Below are positions 1 to 12,444 of a DNA stretch of 64,000 nt, in pieces; the first letter of the stretch is position 1, and every line of letters starts with the position of its first letter. Where the stretch lies: the NCBI GenBank assembly GCA_001179505.1, contig CDMY01000414.1, positions 1-64,000 of the forward strand. Reading direction: 5' to 3'. The notes beneath the pieces are model-generated. The model was not told the origin of the DNA and searched no databases. It worked only from the letters and a program-made list of their open reading frames with translations. Origin of the DNA: Vitrella brassicaformis CCMP3155 (taxonomy: Eukaryota > Protista > Chromerida). Position numbers and translations under genes: made by a program.

Positions 1-213
1 TCACTTGTGTGCTGGTCGGGGTATCCTGCTCCGAGAACCTCAACAGCTACAAGGGTTTACCTTCGGGAGTGCAGGCGATGGGCATGGCAATGGCGTTCAG
101 CGGCCTCGCTCTCTTCTTTGCCGCAGCCATATTCCCAGACGTGAGAGACACACACCATCTTGACTTGTGCAGTGAACGGCTTCCACCCTCTTTGCCTGTG
201 TACGTGTCTGCAG

Positions 214-489
214 CGCTTCGGTGCCAAGAGCCTGTTGAAGCAGCACAAGCAGATGCACATAGAGCCGTCCCCGCCCTCCCTCCCGCCCCCTGTGTGTAAG
301 TCCCCCCTGGCCCTTCCCACCGAGCCAGAGCCGCAGTCCGTCGCCGACGCGTGTCTGTCGAGTACGGAGGAGCAATCGGGCGAGCGGTCCTCACTCAACA
401 GCGTGTCATCTCCGGGCAGTGAGGGTGGCAATGCAAAGAGGCCTAAAGCGTCCCTGGAGAAGGGACTGAGTCTGAGTGACCACTGCTGA
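214..489 (+). CDS. 3' end of a probable C2H2 zinc-finger protein (upstream exons unresolved or off-window)
   Basis: After a tgcag acceptor the frame reads RFGAKSLLKQHKQMH, which fits F-x5-L-x2-H-x3-H. A Pro/Ser-rich tail follows to the stop at 489. The CxxC half was not securely located. Confidence 0.5.
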   Translation, partial: RFGAKSLLKQHKQMHIEPSPPSLPPPVCKSPLALPTEPEPQSVADACLSSTEEQSGERSSLNSVSSPGSEGGNAKRPKASLEKGLSLSDHC

Positions 490-2105
490 CGGATCTTCTG
501 GATCGACCGATAATGGGAGCATCGTATTGATCGTATTGCACTGTCTGGTATGGGTCTTTTTGTGTATGGTGTGCGAGGTGGAGTGGCGTGTGCTGGGTCA
601 TGGGGGCGTCTTGTTGAGTACATACCTTATTCTTGCCTTTGTTCCAGCTACCTAGGCAATGTTTCGTGCAGTCAATGTTTCATGCCAGGCAGCCGACGTG
701 TCCGTCTTCGTCCATATGTTTCTGCTCTCTCTGTGTGTGTGCAGAGATAGCATCAACCGATCAGCAACCTATCTCCGTGGCCCAACAGGTGTACTGAATG
801 AGCCAGCCAGTTTTTCCTGTCTGTCGATAATGAATGCACTGTGTATGTCCTCGTCAGTGAGCTTCTCCATGTATGCGTCGCACACATCATATGCCGCCTG
901 TCACTGTCTGTCAGTCATGTGGGGGGCATGTTAAAGACACGTCGAGAGACAGGGGATCGGAAGCTCAGACAAATGGGGGGCATGGCAAAGAGGGCTGCTG
1001 TCGCATACATACACGAGTAGTTTTTCTCGCGTTGGGATCGATCGATCTCGTTCAAGAGACTGTTTTCCTTTTGCTGACTGATGGGAGTGCCACTACAGGG
1101 ATGCAGAGAGAGGGGCGGGGCGGGGAGGGGCGAGATGAAAAAACATGTATACCACGTGTATCATTGACAAGCGACGGACAGCCGAAGGGCCGTCATCGAT
1201 TCTCATTGCTGTATTAGATATATCTATGTACGCATGTCGCGGTGTTTGTCAGTCGATCCGCTAATTGTTAGATATCCTTTTGTGTTGATTGCTGTTTCCC
1301 GGTGGTGTCTGTGTGGTTGTGTCGGTCGGTCATCTTGTACAGTATATACCCTCTGCCCTCTGCCCTCTGCACGTGCACACGTACACCTGCGGTGTTGCCG
1401 CCGTGAACGAACGAATGGATGAATATGATATGGCTGCCTGCCTTTGTCTATCGGAAACGAACCATTGAAACGTAGAGAGTCTTGCGCATGGATTCACACA
1501 TCAACCATCGCACAGGTCGGCGTCTTTCGATAAAAACACGTGATTGCTCTCAATTTGGCGTTCATCCTCTCTGTGTCTCTGTATGGGGTCTGTCAGAGTG
1601 CATGAGCACTATGGGCGTGTTGGTCCCCAACATCCTGTACTACGACATCGCCTTACAAGAAGGTGGGTTCATGATGGATGGTTTGATGGATCGTGAACGT
1701 GTCTGTGGCCACAGGCGTGATGTATCCGTGGAATGACGCCATTGCACGCAAGGTTGAGGGGTTGGTGTCGGCGCAGCGTGGCGGTGCAGCAGTCAAGGTA
1801 GTCGTGGACCAGTGGAATACTGGCTGACCAAACGCGTCCCCCTGTCCCGGTCTGTCTGGGTCGGGCCAAACTCGCGGGCATCGTGCTGTGACCGACTGAC
1901 AATCGACAGAATGATTGAATGACAAACACACAACATCATCAACTCATCGTCTGATCGTCTTCTCGTGTCTTGTTGCGCTGCGTCCGCTTGCAAGACGCTG
2001 CAAGAAAAACTCATCTCATCCAGACGAGCTGCTGCATTCACATACACACACACGGACACTGTCTCAACAAGTAAGGCACCCACCGACCCCACACCCACGT
2101 TCATA

Positions 2106-3669
2106 TCATCTCTCAGCCACTCCCCTGCCCGTTGCCGTTTCGCGTGCATATGCGACGGCCTTCTGCATGGCCGCCACGGCCTTTGGCGGCCAACGCACTT
2201 TGCCCTCGAGAAACGACCGCTGCGAATAGTCCTTCTGCGCATCGGGCGACAACAGCCGAAAGAAACGAGCCGACCCTTCCTTGTCACCCCTGCACCCACA
2301 CACACACAGTCGGCAGGACATCGTGATCCCAAGCGAAAGCACGTCTGTATGCCTGACTGATCGGCAGAGCGGAGCGACCGACCTGGTGAAGTAGATGGCT
2401 GAGGTGGCGGCGTTGACCTCGGCTGCATCGGGGAATTTGCTCTGCACTCGTCTCATGATGCCGAAAGACTCCAACACTCTGTTCTGCTCGAGCAGGGCCA
2501 GGCAGTACCTCAGCCAGAATGGCTGCGGGTCCGACGCGAGCAAGCCCACCGCACCCTCGTAATCGGCAGCTGCCTCCGACCATCGACCACATTGGTCCAA
2601 AGCCTGCCGTGGTGGGCAGACAGACAGGCGAATGCTCCTGGTGGGCAGAGTGTTGATGCCGTCAGGTGGCTGACCTGTGCTCTGGATGTGAGCACTAATG
2701 CGTCCGGCCTGCCCCTCAGCCTCTTTGCTTCGTCCAGGTCCTCCACGGCCTGCATGAATGCATGTAGTTATCAACACCAACACGTCCCCTCCTGTGCGCT
2801 TCTGTTGTCATTCACTGACTAACCGTGGAGCACTCCTTCAGCGTCAGTCGTATGTTGCCCCTCTGCAGATAGACTGTCCACAGGTCAGACGGCGTGGCCC
2901 TGCCCTCGCGGAACAGATCGATGGCCCTCGTCAGCTCAACGAGGGCCTCTCTTGGCTCTCCACGGTTGGCCTTTGCGGTGCCAAGACTTGAGTAGCCATA
3001 CGCATAGTTGGGGGCTGCTTTGGTGACCCGCTCCAGCAGGATGACGGCATCGTCCCACCGGCCCTCCTCAAGCGCAGCCCTCGCCTTACGATACACTCCT
3101 CCTGCACCACACACAACACAGGCAGCAGAGCAGAGAGGAGTGGCATGGTGGAACACGGACACGTTCGCCTATTTTGTCTTCTCCTGGCTTGATTGCCCAC
3201 CTGCCTCTCCAGATATGCGAGTAGGGTCGACAGCCACAGGATTCTCAGACAGCCAGACGGTCGATAGTCCTGCAGTGCCCTGGTCGCCACTGCTGAGATG
3301 GGAATTATGGCCATGGAGCCCGGTCGGTGTCAGAGAAGTGGACGCCTCTGAGGCGGGCATGATGAAGATAAACGACAGCAGGAGCAAGCCAAGCCGCAGG
3401 GCATCCCTCAGAGCCGACGGCATTGCTGCATCATCCAGTCGGCATCGTTGCTGGGCTTCTGCGACAGGTGATGTGCTGAAGCGTTGTGATGAGTGCCGCC
3501 TCCTTGCGATTGTTGAAAGCGCACCAGCCCTGACAGATGGCAGTTGAAATGCAGGCCTTAGCTGGCGGCTGCGTTGCTGCGTGTGAACCTCATCCCACGA
3601 TGCGGTCTGGACCATGAAATGAGCGAGGATAACGATAGCGATGGCTACATGATGCACGGCCTTCACCAT
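2106..3669 (-). CDS. TPR-repeat protein with signal peptide and transit-like leader (probably plastid-targeted); about 4-5 exons
   Basis: Leader MVKAVHHVAIAIVILAHF...RPAFQLPSV followed by an R/S-rich stretch. TPR-like segments ARAALEEGRWDDAVILLERVTKAAPNYAYGYSSLGTAKANRGEPREA, QALDQCGRWSEAAADYEGA and LLEQNRVLESF. C-terminal FLEGKVRWPPKAVAAM. The 3' end is approximate. Confidence 0.75.
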
Positions 3670-3751
3670 AGAGCTGCAAACACCTCAAAATGAGCAGATC
3701 TCTTCAGCCAGCTAAGCTCGCAGCTTTGAGCTCGCACTTAAGGCTGTGGGG
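3670..3751. promoter_or_regulatory. 82-bp divergent intergenic region (putative bidirectional promoter)
   Basis: Lies between the TPR gene ATG (3669, - strand) and the ATP synthase b ATG (3752, + strand). Confidence 0.5.
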
Positions 3752-5535
3752 ATGTCATTTCGCAGCCTCTTCAGCCGCTCCTTAGCGGGCCCATCGAGAT
3801 ACGTCCAGAAGGCGCAAAGATCTGCCACGACCCTCTCGCAGCCCTCTTCCCTCGCCCCATGGATCAGCCCCCCCTGTGCGTTTGGCGGCCCATCTGCCAT
3901 GAGCGTCTTCGCCTGTCGTCGCCTGAGCACGAGCCGGGTGCACCACATCCCATTGCCTTTGTTTGAGGAGGCGACCAAGTTCTTCTTGCGGAAGCCGAAG
4001 ATAGAGGGCGCGACGTACGACGACATTCAGCTCAAGGAGCCGAGCAAGGACGACCTGGCCAAGTTCAGCAAGGAGAGCGGCAAGTTCCTGCGGTTCCTCA
4101 AGATCTGGTGCGAGGAGGACGGCCGCGGCCAGCAGTGGGTTGAGTACGTCAAGCAGTACGACACGACGGGCCACCTGACCGTCGAGCGCGACGTATACCT
4201 GACGCGCGATGAGGTCTCGAGCGCCATGATCGAGAGCGGCTACGACTACAAGGAGGTGTACGCCCTCGAGACGTTCTTCTCGCCCGACGACAAGTTCCAC
4301 TACCCCGAGATCAGCATCCTCTTCAACATCGACGAGCAGCACACCTACGAGTACTGCATGCGCGTGCGGGCCAGGAACCACTCGGTCGTCGCCGTCAAGG
4401 AGGAGAGACGGCCGGCCCTCGTCCGCAGCTACGCCCTTTTCTTCGCCGCCGTGGCCTTCTTCTTCAGCTACACGCCGCTGTCGAGCTACATCTTCATCGG
4501 CAAGCTCATCCCGTCGACGCTGCTCTACTACTTCCTGGTCTTCCAGGGGCTGGGGATGCCGCTGGACGCTGCGATGCGCCAGATCTCCCGGCTGGCGTGC
4601 GAGAAGCAGATGATGACGGTGCTCGACGGCGAGGAGGCCATCGCTATGCGCATGAGGGACTTCGCCCAGGACGGCGAGTGCCTCAAGTCCCTCAACGAGT
4701 TCAAGGGCGAGGCCCAGGCGTCCCTTATCGCCTACCACAAGGCCCTGGTGGTGCGGCAGAAACAGGCACTCAAGGAGAAGCTCAGCCGGCAGCTGCTGTC
4801 CATCCAGCAGGCCGAGGCGTCCATCGGCGCGTCGCTGCAGGACGTCATGGTCAGGGAGCTCGTCAAGATGTTCCGGGAGACCTTCCCCAAGGACGCACAG
4901 CTGCAGGACGCCGCCCTCAAGAGCGCCATCGCCAACATCGCCGGCGACAAGGTCCAGGACCCGATCGCCGGCAAGTTCCTGTCGGCCCTAAAGGACCTCT
5001 CAGCGGCCGATCTTGAGAAGACCAAGGGCAACGAGGCGGGCACTTTGGTGGAGCGCGTGGCGGCCGTGTTCCAGCAGAAGGAGAAGGACTTCCTGTCCAA
5101 CTTCACTGTCAAGGGCGAGGAGGTCAGCGAGCTCAAACAGATCATCGCCAAGATCAAGACCGGCACAGCTGACGGATACGACTTCAAAAAACTCGACACG
5201 GCGACCTCTCAGGTGCGTCCACGAGGAAGAGACACCCAACACACACTCATCCATCCATCCATCCATCCATTATAACGCACACACATGCTGTGCTGTCCTG
5301 TCTCTCTGTGTGTGTGTGTGTGCAGAAGCTGGACTCGCTGTACTCGTCGATCAACGCCCGGATGGGTTTCGACGTGGCGGACGAGCGCATGATAACCGTC
5401 ACCACCCAGGACACCATGCCCATCCATGACGCGGGAGCCGCCGACTTCGTCGAGGCCGTCAACGCCAAGGTGGCTGCCTCGGCGGACAAGATCCGCACCA
5501 ACCGGCTGACGGCTTTCCTCAAGGCTTTCGACTGA
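3752..5535 (+). CDS. ATP4: Mitochondrial ATP synthase subunit b, apicomplexan/myzozoan type (Toxoplasma ICAP2-like); exons 3752-5212 and 5326-5535
   Basis: Motifs TYDDIQLKEPSKDDLAKF, LTVERDVYLT, KFHYPEI, SLQDVMVRELV, ERVAAVFQQKEKDFL and terminal RLTAFLKAF match the Toxoplasma subunit b as I recall it. It has a mitochondrial-type presequence, a central hydrophobic segment and a coiled-coil stalk. One clean GT-AG intron in phase 0. Confidence 0.88.
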
Positions 5536-5952
5536 CTGACTTGTGAGTGAGGCGGCTGTGGGTGGGTGTGGGTGTGGGTGGGAGGCTGGAGCGTTTTGGT
5601 TGGTGGTGGTGGTATATGCGGTTGTGCACACGGACGGATGTGTGAATGGTGCATCCGTCAAAGCAGTCAGTCGTACTTTGTGTGAGGTCAGGTGGTGGAT
5701 GGCATGGCCACATGGCTGCCGGCCGGCCAGCCAGCCGGTGTGGGGCAGAGACGCATGCACGCAAATTCCTGTGTGTCGGGTGACAGCGAGCGCGGCGTAC
5801 AAGTGGGTGGGTGGGTGACGTGTTTGCAGCTGTCATGGGACCGACCATTTATTATCGACGACTGGCTGCTGAATGAGTGCAGTGAGTGAATGGCTGAGGT
5901 CACCGTACTCACGGCAAATGCATGCGTGTAAGAGGCACACCCAGTAAGTCCA

Positions 5953-5988
<36 letters not shown>

Positions 5989-6153
5989 CACAGACACACA
6001 GCCCCGTGCGACTGGGTGTGTGTCATGACCATTTAGCGACTATGAATGCATGGAGGGGGCGGCACTGCGATGCTTGCTGAGGTGCGACGGGAGAAGGAAC
6101 GGTCAAGGACTCACGCCATGAAAGGTCTTCTCAGTTCGTCGAGGTCACCGAAC

Positions 6154-6179
6154 GGGTCCAGGGTTTGAACCCTGGACCC
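6154..6179. promoter_or_regulatory. Perfect 12-bp inverted repeat with 2-nt spacer (gggtccagggtt-tg-aaccctggaccc)
   Basis: Read directly from the sequence, about 65 bp upstream of the ATG at 6244. A regulatory role is inferred. Confidence 0.55.
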
Positions 6180-6243
6180 AAGCAGCCGTTAACGACAACC
6201 TTCGTACGGAGTGACTGGACGCCGCCCTTCATTCCACCGCCTC

Positions 6244-7193
6244 ATGGCGTTCCTCTCCCCGAGGTCCATGCTCTTTCTCCTCTGCAGTGTCGTGGTGCTT
6301 TTCGCCGCCTCGGCCACATTCGATTCCCTGGCTGATCCGTCTTCAGACTTCGTGGGTCCTGGAACCAACGCGACTGCCGAGTCTTCGAGTTGCAGGGGGC
6401 TTTTTTCTGATGGCTGTGTAAGGCGCGGCTGTAAGGTGCGATTCCTCTTCGAGCTCACCCAGTACTGGGTGGACGGGGACCGCACTCCGCGACCATATGA
6501 CCCGCCGGTATGTGTGTGCCAGCAGATCAGATCAGATTAGAGCAGACCAGTCCTCCCCTCCCCTCCCCTCGTCAACCCTTTCCCTCTTTGGCTGTGCATA
6601 TATACAGAGAATCATGGACATTGAGTTCCACTCGTATCCCTGGCGATGGGAGTGTTCGAGTGGTTTCAACCGTGCGCGAAGGGATGCCTCCCTGGGTGCA
6701 GAGGCATGCCTCGTTGCAATCAGGGACACCTTCTACACCGAGGCCTTCGACGGGTGGCCTTCCCATTCTTCCGCGTGTGGAGGCATGTGTATGGAGCCGC
6801 CGCAGTTCGACCCACAAGGCAGCGGCTCGTTCGCCGAAGCCATCGGCAAGCGGGTCTGCGGCTGGCTTCCCGGCTTGCCACCGGCGGTTTTTATCGGTAG
6901 GTCTCAGAAACCACCCTAGGAGGGAGGGAGGCCTGGGACACGTCAAGCACTCACTCTGGTTGTGTGGATGGATGGTTGGATGGTATGCTGCAGAGGGTTA
7001 TGTCATCGCCAGGATTGAGGGAGATCGCTGCTGCTACCACAGCCACAGATGCTGTCCTGCGCACCTCGGCTACGGCGCCGACCGGTGTTGGCCGGCGAGT
7101 TGGCTTCTGAACACTGAGGGCAGGCGCATGCAGGTTTCGCCGGGCAAGATGTACTATAGCTGCCAAACAGGGAACGCTGGCCCCATGTATTGA
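6244..7193 (+). CDS. Secreted cysteine-rich protein of unknown function (about 250 aa); exons 6244-6507, 6608-6896, 6994-7193
   Basis: Signal peptide MAFLSPRSMLFLLCSVVVLFAASA. Both GT-AG introns join in frame (phase 0 and phase 1). About 14 Cys in the mature part. No family recognised. Confidence 0.7.
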
Positions 7194-8583
7194 GGGGGGG
7201 TCCGTCCGCGTGCATTCTAGTCAGCTGTCTGTTTCATGTGTGTGTATTTGGCTTTGACGGATGGATGGATGGATTTATGATGAGGTGTGTCTGTGTGTGT
7301 CTCTCTCTCTCTCTCGGCACCCATGGCAGGCAGCGTGCTGCATTGTGTTGGCTGACGGGTGACGTACGGGACACACTTACATACAGAGAGAGAGAAGGTC
7401 ATCAATGGCTGTGGGCGTTGCCACCGTGACTGTGTGGCTGTGTCTTGTGTGTCCAGCCAGCCGTTGGTTGACCTACGTACGGGGCAGTCACTGTTGGCTG
7501 GCAGTGTGGGGGCGGACGGCCCATGTCATGGATGGATTTGTCGCGTGTTCATGGTGTCTCAATGTCTCTATTTTTCGTCCGTGTGTGGTGCCTATGGCCT
7601 TCTGGGTATGACACACACGCTTGTCCGTCTGCCTGCCTGCAGAGAGAGGGAGAGAGACGTGCAAGTACGTGCCATATATTGGGTCTCATGTGTGTGGGTG
7701 TCCAAAAGCAGCGAGCCGCTGAGAGGTCGACGGCACACGGCATACATGCACAGCGAGCGCTTCATTCGTCCGCCGTGCACACCACACACCAGTGATGTGC
7801 CAACTAATTCAATTCATCAGAGAGAGACACGCACTCTTTTTCCGCCACATTACATACCATATCTGTCTGTCTGTGTGTCCGTGTGTCTGTGTGTCTGTCC
7901 TTAAGGCTGTGCTGGTTTGCAGACAGAGTAGAGGAACGGCAAGCGTTCGCCTCCGTGACGCCTGCCCTTGTCGCTCACATGGATAGATATGCAGCGCGGC
8001 TGGTCTTATATATCATAGTCATTTTACCCGCCCTGTTGTCATTTCATAGAAAGCCCCTCCCTACTCGTCGACGCTGTCTGCCTGTCTGTCTGTCTGCTTC
8101 CATGAGGGTATTGAGGGGGGGCTGTTCTGTCTGTCGGATGGTGGGTAGGACGCGACAGACCATCTGTGACGGTGATTCTTGTAGCACGATTGGCGGTGCC
8201 TGGTCTGCACAGACACGCCGTGAGATGAGCAGCGTGTTCGAATGATGATCAGTCAAGTGATTGATGTCAGTCACACTGCAAATCGCGACTGTGGGCGGTG
8301 GGAAAGGTATGCACGCTGATAGTGATTGATTGATATCTACAGCGGCGTCCGAAGACAGCATGCACTGCCCAAAACATGGCAAAAAAGGCGGATGTATGCT
8401 CACGTCAACAAAGCCGCTCACCCCTACCGCAGAGTAGTGCCACTCAAAACACGACAGCTGGGTGCCTGCCTGCCCGCCCCAGAGGCTCGGCCGGTCTGCT
8501 CACTCATCTGTCTGTCTGTCTGTCTGTTGTCTGTCTGTCTACACACTAGCTGGCTATTCACACACTGGCAACTGTCTCCCTCC

Positions 8584-9431
8584 TCACCCCATGCCCTCAA
8601 AGCCCTCCTCCTCGGCAGCATCACCTACCGGCCGCATCTCCATCTCCACGGTCAACTGGGGCTGGCGTGGCCGCTGTGCGTACCGGCGATTCGATGATTC
8701 CTCCTCATCGAATCGCTCGTAAGCCAGTCGCGTCACCTCCATGCCATACTCGGGCATGTCCCCACGCACACGGCCCTGGCGGAACAGCGAATCGAGTTGG
8801 CTCTTGATTTGGTCAGCGTCGCCAGGGGCGGTGAAGATGTCGGCTCGCTCGCTCAGTTTGAGGGTGGCGTGCTCGGGCCGCAGCTCGTGGACAAGGCGGA
8901 AGAGGTCCCGCAGCAGCTCGGGGACGCTCCCTGCTGTCGGGTTGTAGATGTCCTGGTCGCCCATGGGGTGGTCGATGGGGCTGATCTGCATGCTGAGGTC
9001 TTGCACCGCGGGGTACTGTCGGGGGGTGTGGGGGGAGGGGAAGGCGACCGGGGCGGCCGCCTTGGTGCGAGGTCGGCTGAAGGACAGCGGTTTAGCACGC
9101 CGAATCGCCAACTTCTGCGACCCAAGTGAGAAGGACTCATTCCTGAGAGGGATGTGCCATTCGTATGTGCGTGTGTACCTTGAGTGGCTTTGCTTTGATG
9201 CCTTGCCCGATGTACGCGAGCACCTCTGAGGCCATTACGCCTCCCCCAGTCGACCACCTCAAGTGCACGTGTGTGAGTGCAGGGAGGGATGAGAGGAGGC
9301 GGGAGAGTCGGTTGGGCGTGGGGGGCGGGATCAGGTACTCCAGGTCGCATGTCGAGACACCTTTCGGGCCACCAAAGTCAATCAGGTGGAGCTCCGTCAC
9401 GCTACTGAACACAAGAACCCATCCACACACA

Positions 9432-9462
<31 letters not shown>

Positions 9463-10963
9463 GAAATGACGCAAGCGCCTGAGTCCCCCGTGTTGTTCGT
9501 CTTACTCACCTAAGTGACTTGAGGGTGGTCTCCTCGGTCAGCCACGGGGGAATGCAATCGAAGCACTCAGCATCGACATCGGGTCCGGCGGTGGTCAGTT
9601 GAATGTTCAATCTCGTGGCGCTATCGAAGCGGATGCCGCTGAAATACGGGCTGGTGGGAGAGGGCGACTCGATCCAGCATCCTTCCAGCATCACACCGTC
9701 GCCCCCTTTCGCGTGCCGCTTGAAGGTCTCCACCAGCTTGAGGGTCTCGGCGGTCGGCGGGCCCTCGGTCATCGCGCCGCTGCAATCTATGGATGTCGTG
9801 CCTCCCTCCCTCACCACCTCCCAGCCCATCTCCTCTGCCGCCTGAATCGCCTCCACCGAGCCAGTGGACCACTTGTCTAGGTTGACCAGGTCACGGACGA
9901 TCTCAAGTGGGCAGGTGACCTTGAGCTGGCGCTTCCTGGCGGCTCCCGACGGGGAGGGGGAGGGTGGAGGGGCCGCACTTGCGCTGCTGGACGAGGCCGC
10001 CACACTGCCGCCGCTGTGGGGCGTCAGCTGGCGCAGCAATGTCACCACCATGCTGGTCTCCATGTTGCGTACCACCGTGTTGTGGCTCCCCAACAGCTTG
10101 AGGTGGCCGACGTGGTGCAGGTTCCTGAGCGATGAGAGGGCAGCGGTGGTGAGGGGCACCACAGAGCTCTGGTCGTCGAGGACGCTGCCCTCCCAAGCAG
10201 GGCAGTACAGGAGCGGGAAGATGTCCAGGTGGCTGAGGGCGGGGGACGATTCGAGCATGAACGCCAAACTGCCATCAAATTTGGGAGGCGTTGATGCCCA
10301 CTCGCCCACGTCCTCGGAGAGCATCGCTGCGGCGCGCTCTGCCTCGTACCCAGAGAGGACCTCGCCAGTGAGCCGTTCAAGTGCCGGGCAGACGAGCTTC
10401 TGCTGCTGGAAGAGATGGAGTCCGTCGAGGCTGTCCACCGCAATCGACCTGACACAGGGAAACACCGCGTCGGGCCCCTTGACCTGCGCCACTGGCTGGT
10501 CGCTCGGCGCATCCTCCGCTCCCTCGTCTGCATCTCGTCGCTCCCCGGGTTGCACCGTCTGGATGGCCTTGAGCGTCTCGGTGTGGTTGACCAGCTGCAG
10601 CGACACAAAGGCGAACAGCCGCGCCCGGCCGATCTCCTCGACCTCCCCCTTCGTGGGCAGCAGGATGATGGCGTGCTGCTGCTGCTCGAACGTCACCAGG
10701 CTGCCGCCCGGACCCCGGCAGCTGAGGCCGTGGTTGGGGCGGTGCCAGTTGATGACCCGGATCAGCGAATAGATGGCCCAGTAGAAGGCCCGGCAGACAC
10801 AGCTCATCGCCAGGCGCTCCTTGACGGACTGATACGATGACACGTTGAGCCAGATGAGCCCATCCAGAAGGCTCGTGAGGCTCCTCGGCGCGGTGCGGCT
10901 GGATGAGTCATCACTCTGGGCTGGGGCGGCAGTGCGCGGGGCTTTGGCTGGCGGGCCGTCCAT
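8584..10963 (-). CDS. Lineage-specific protein with F-box-like N-terminus, paralog 1; exons 10963-9510, 9404-9179, 9114-8584
   Basis: LTSLLDGLIWLNVSSYQSVKERLAMSCVCRAFY resembles an F-box (inference). LxxLxxL segments occur downstream. Both introns splice in frame. A close paralog lies at 17.9-20.5 kb. Confidence 0.75.
9424..9462. repeat. (CA)n(GA)n microsatellite; representative of the (CA/GT)n, (GA)n, (GACA)n, (GGAT)n and (GGGA)n tracts filling most introns
   Basis: Seen directly. Similar tracts sit next to many splice sites throughout the window. Confidence 0.9.
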
Positions 10964-11424
10964 CGCTCTCAACACACGTACACCCACCAGAGATCAGCTA
11001 TATAGCTACGCTGCTACAGCTTCCTGGAGATCCACACACGGAAATACCGAAGATATCATGCGTCAGCTGCCGTGCTGTTTCTCCCGACCCGCTTACAAGT
11101 TCCTGCGATGAATGTGCGGCTCTGCGGGTCCTCTTGTTGTCCTCTCTGATGGCGGGCGGCCCGTCGTTCTGTGACGCTGCTGATGGTTTGTCCATCCAGA
11201 CTTGAGAATGCCGCTGCGTAGTCGACGATGGCGAAGGCTCACTCTCATTCATTCACCAGAAGGGCTCCTTCACCGCGCACCACCACACACAGTTTCACGA
11301 TCATGATGCGTTAGGGTGCTGTGGCGAGGGCACGCATTTCGCCCCAGCACCTCGTCCCGTTCATAGTATTGTAGCCAGCTGCCTCGCTGTGTGTGTCGGT
11401 TCGCTGCATCTGTCCATCTGTCCA

Positions 11425-12397
11425 TCTGACCGGCATGAGCGTGGCGCCTTACCGTACCACCGAAGAGGAGGACCCGTATGCCGACGTGGACGTGGACTAC
11501 ATCTACACCTTCAACCCCGAGGACGTCAACACCGACTGGGAGGGATACTACATCGACTACCAGGGGTCAGTCAGGGAGGGAGGGAAGGAGGGACCTAGGC
11601 ATGTGGGTCGGGCCGGGGCTTGGCGCATGTCTGGCGTGCGGTGGATGGAGATCTGTGGTGTGTGGATGTGTGTGCGTGTGTGTGTGTGTGCAGGTTGCAG
11701 AAGCAGCTGCGTGCGATGATGCACGAGCTGGTGACGAGCGAGGCGGCCGGCAAGAAGAGGCTTGAGGAGTTCTGCCACAACCTGGGTGGGCAGGCAGGCA
11801 GACTCACTCACTCACAGGACGCAAACGCGCACACGAATGGAATGGCGGGGTGGGCCATGTTTGTCATGTTTGTCTGTCCAACCAGACCGAGAGATCGACA
11901 AATGCGTCTGTTTCTACGGTGAATGGCTGCACACATGGACGGGTGGATGAATGGATGTTAATATGTGTGTGTGTGTGTGTGTGTGTGTCAGAGATGGAGC
12001 TCACGTCGATGACGAGCCGCCTGAACAACCTCCGCGAGTACTGGAAGTTCCTCAGCCCCAAAATATACTCCAGCCTCTGTATGGGTGTACCCCTCNNNNN
12101 NNNNNNNNNNNNNNNNNNNNNNNNNNNNNNNNNNNNNNNNNNNNNNNNNNNNNNNNNNNNNNNNNNNNNNNNNNNNNNNNNNNNNNNNNNNNNNNNNNNN
12201 NNNNNNNNNNNNNNNNNNNNNNNNNNNNNNNNNNNNNNNNNNNNNNNNNNNNNNNNNNNNNNNNNNNNNNNNNNNNNNNNNNNNNNNNNNNNNNNNNNNN
12301 NNNNNNNNNNNNNNNNNNNNNNNNNNNNNNNNNNNNNNNNNNNNNNNNNNNNNNNNNNNNNNNNNNNNNNNNNNNNNNNNNNNNNNNNNNNNNNNCA

Positions 12398-12444
<47 letters not shown>

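Noticed and set aside
490-2100. Short ORFs in intergenic or UTR regions (also 7200-8580, 16540-17900, 46750-47900, 58150-60000)
   Set aside because: They are dominated by microsatellite-derived C/V/H/T runs, with no coding codon bias and no consistent splice chain.
3782-4738. 318-aa antisense ORF over ATP synthase b (likewise 9864-10772, 19202-20326, 24762-26060 in part, and 42320-43150)
   Set aside because: These are shadow or alternative-frame ORFs expected from strong GC3 codon bias. They have no motifs of their own.
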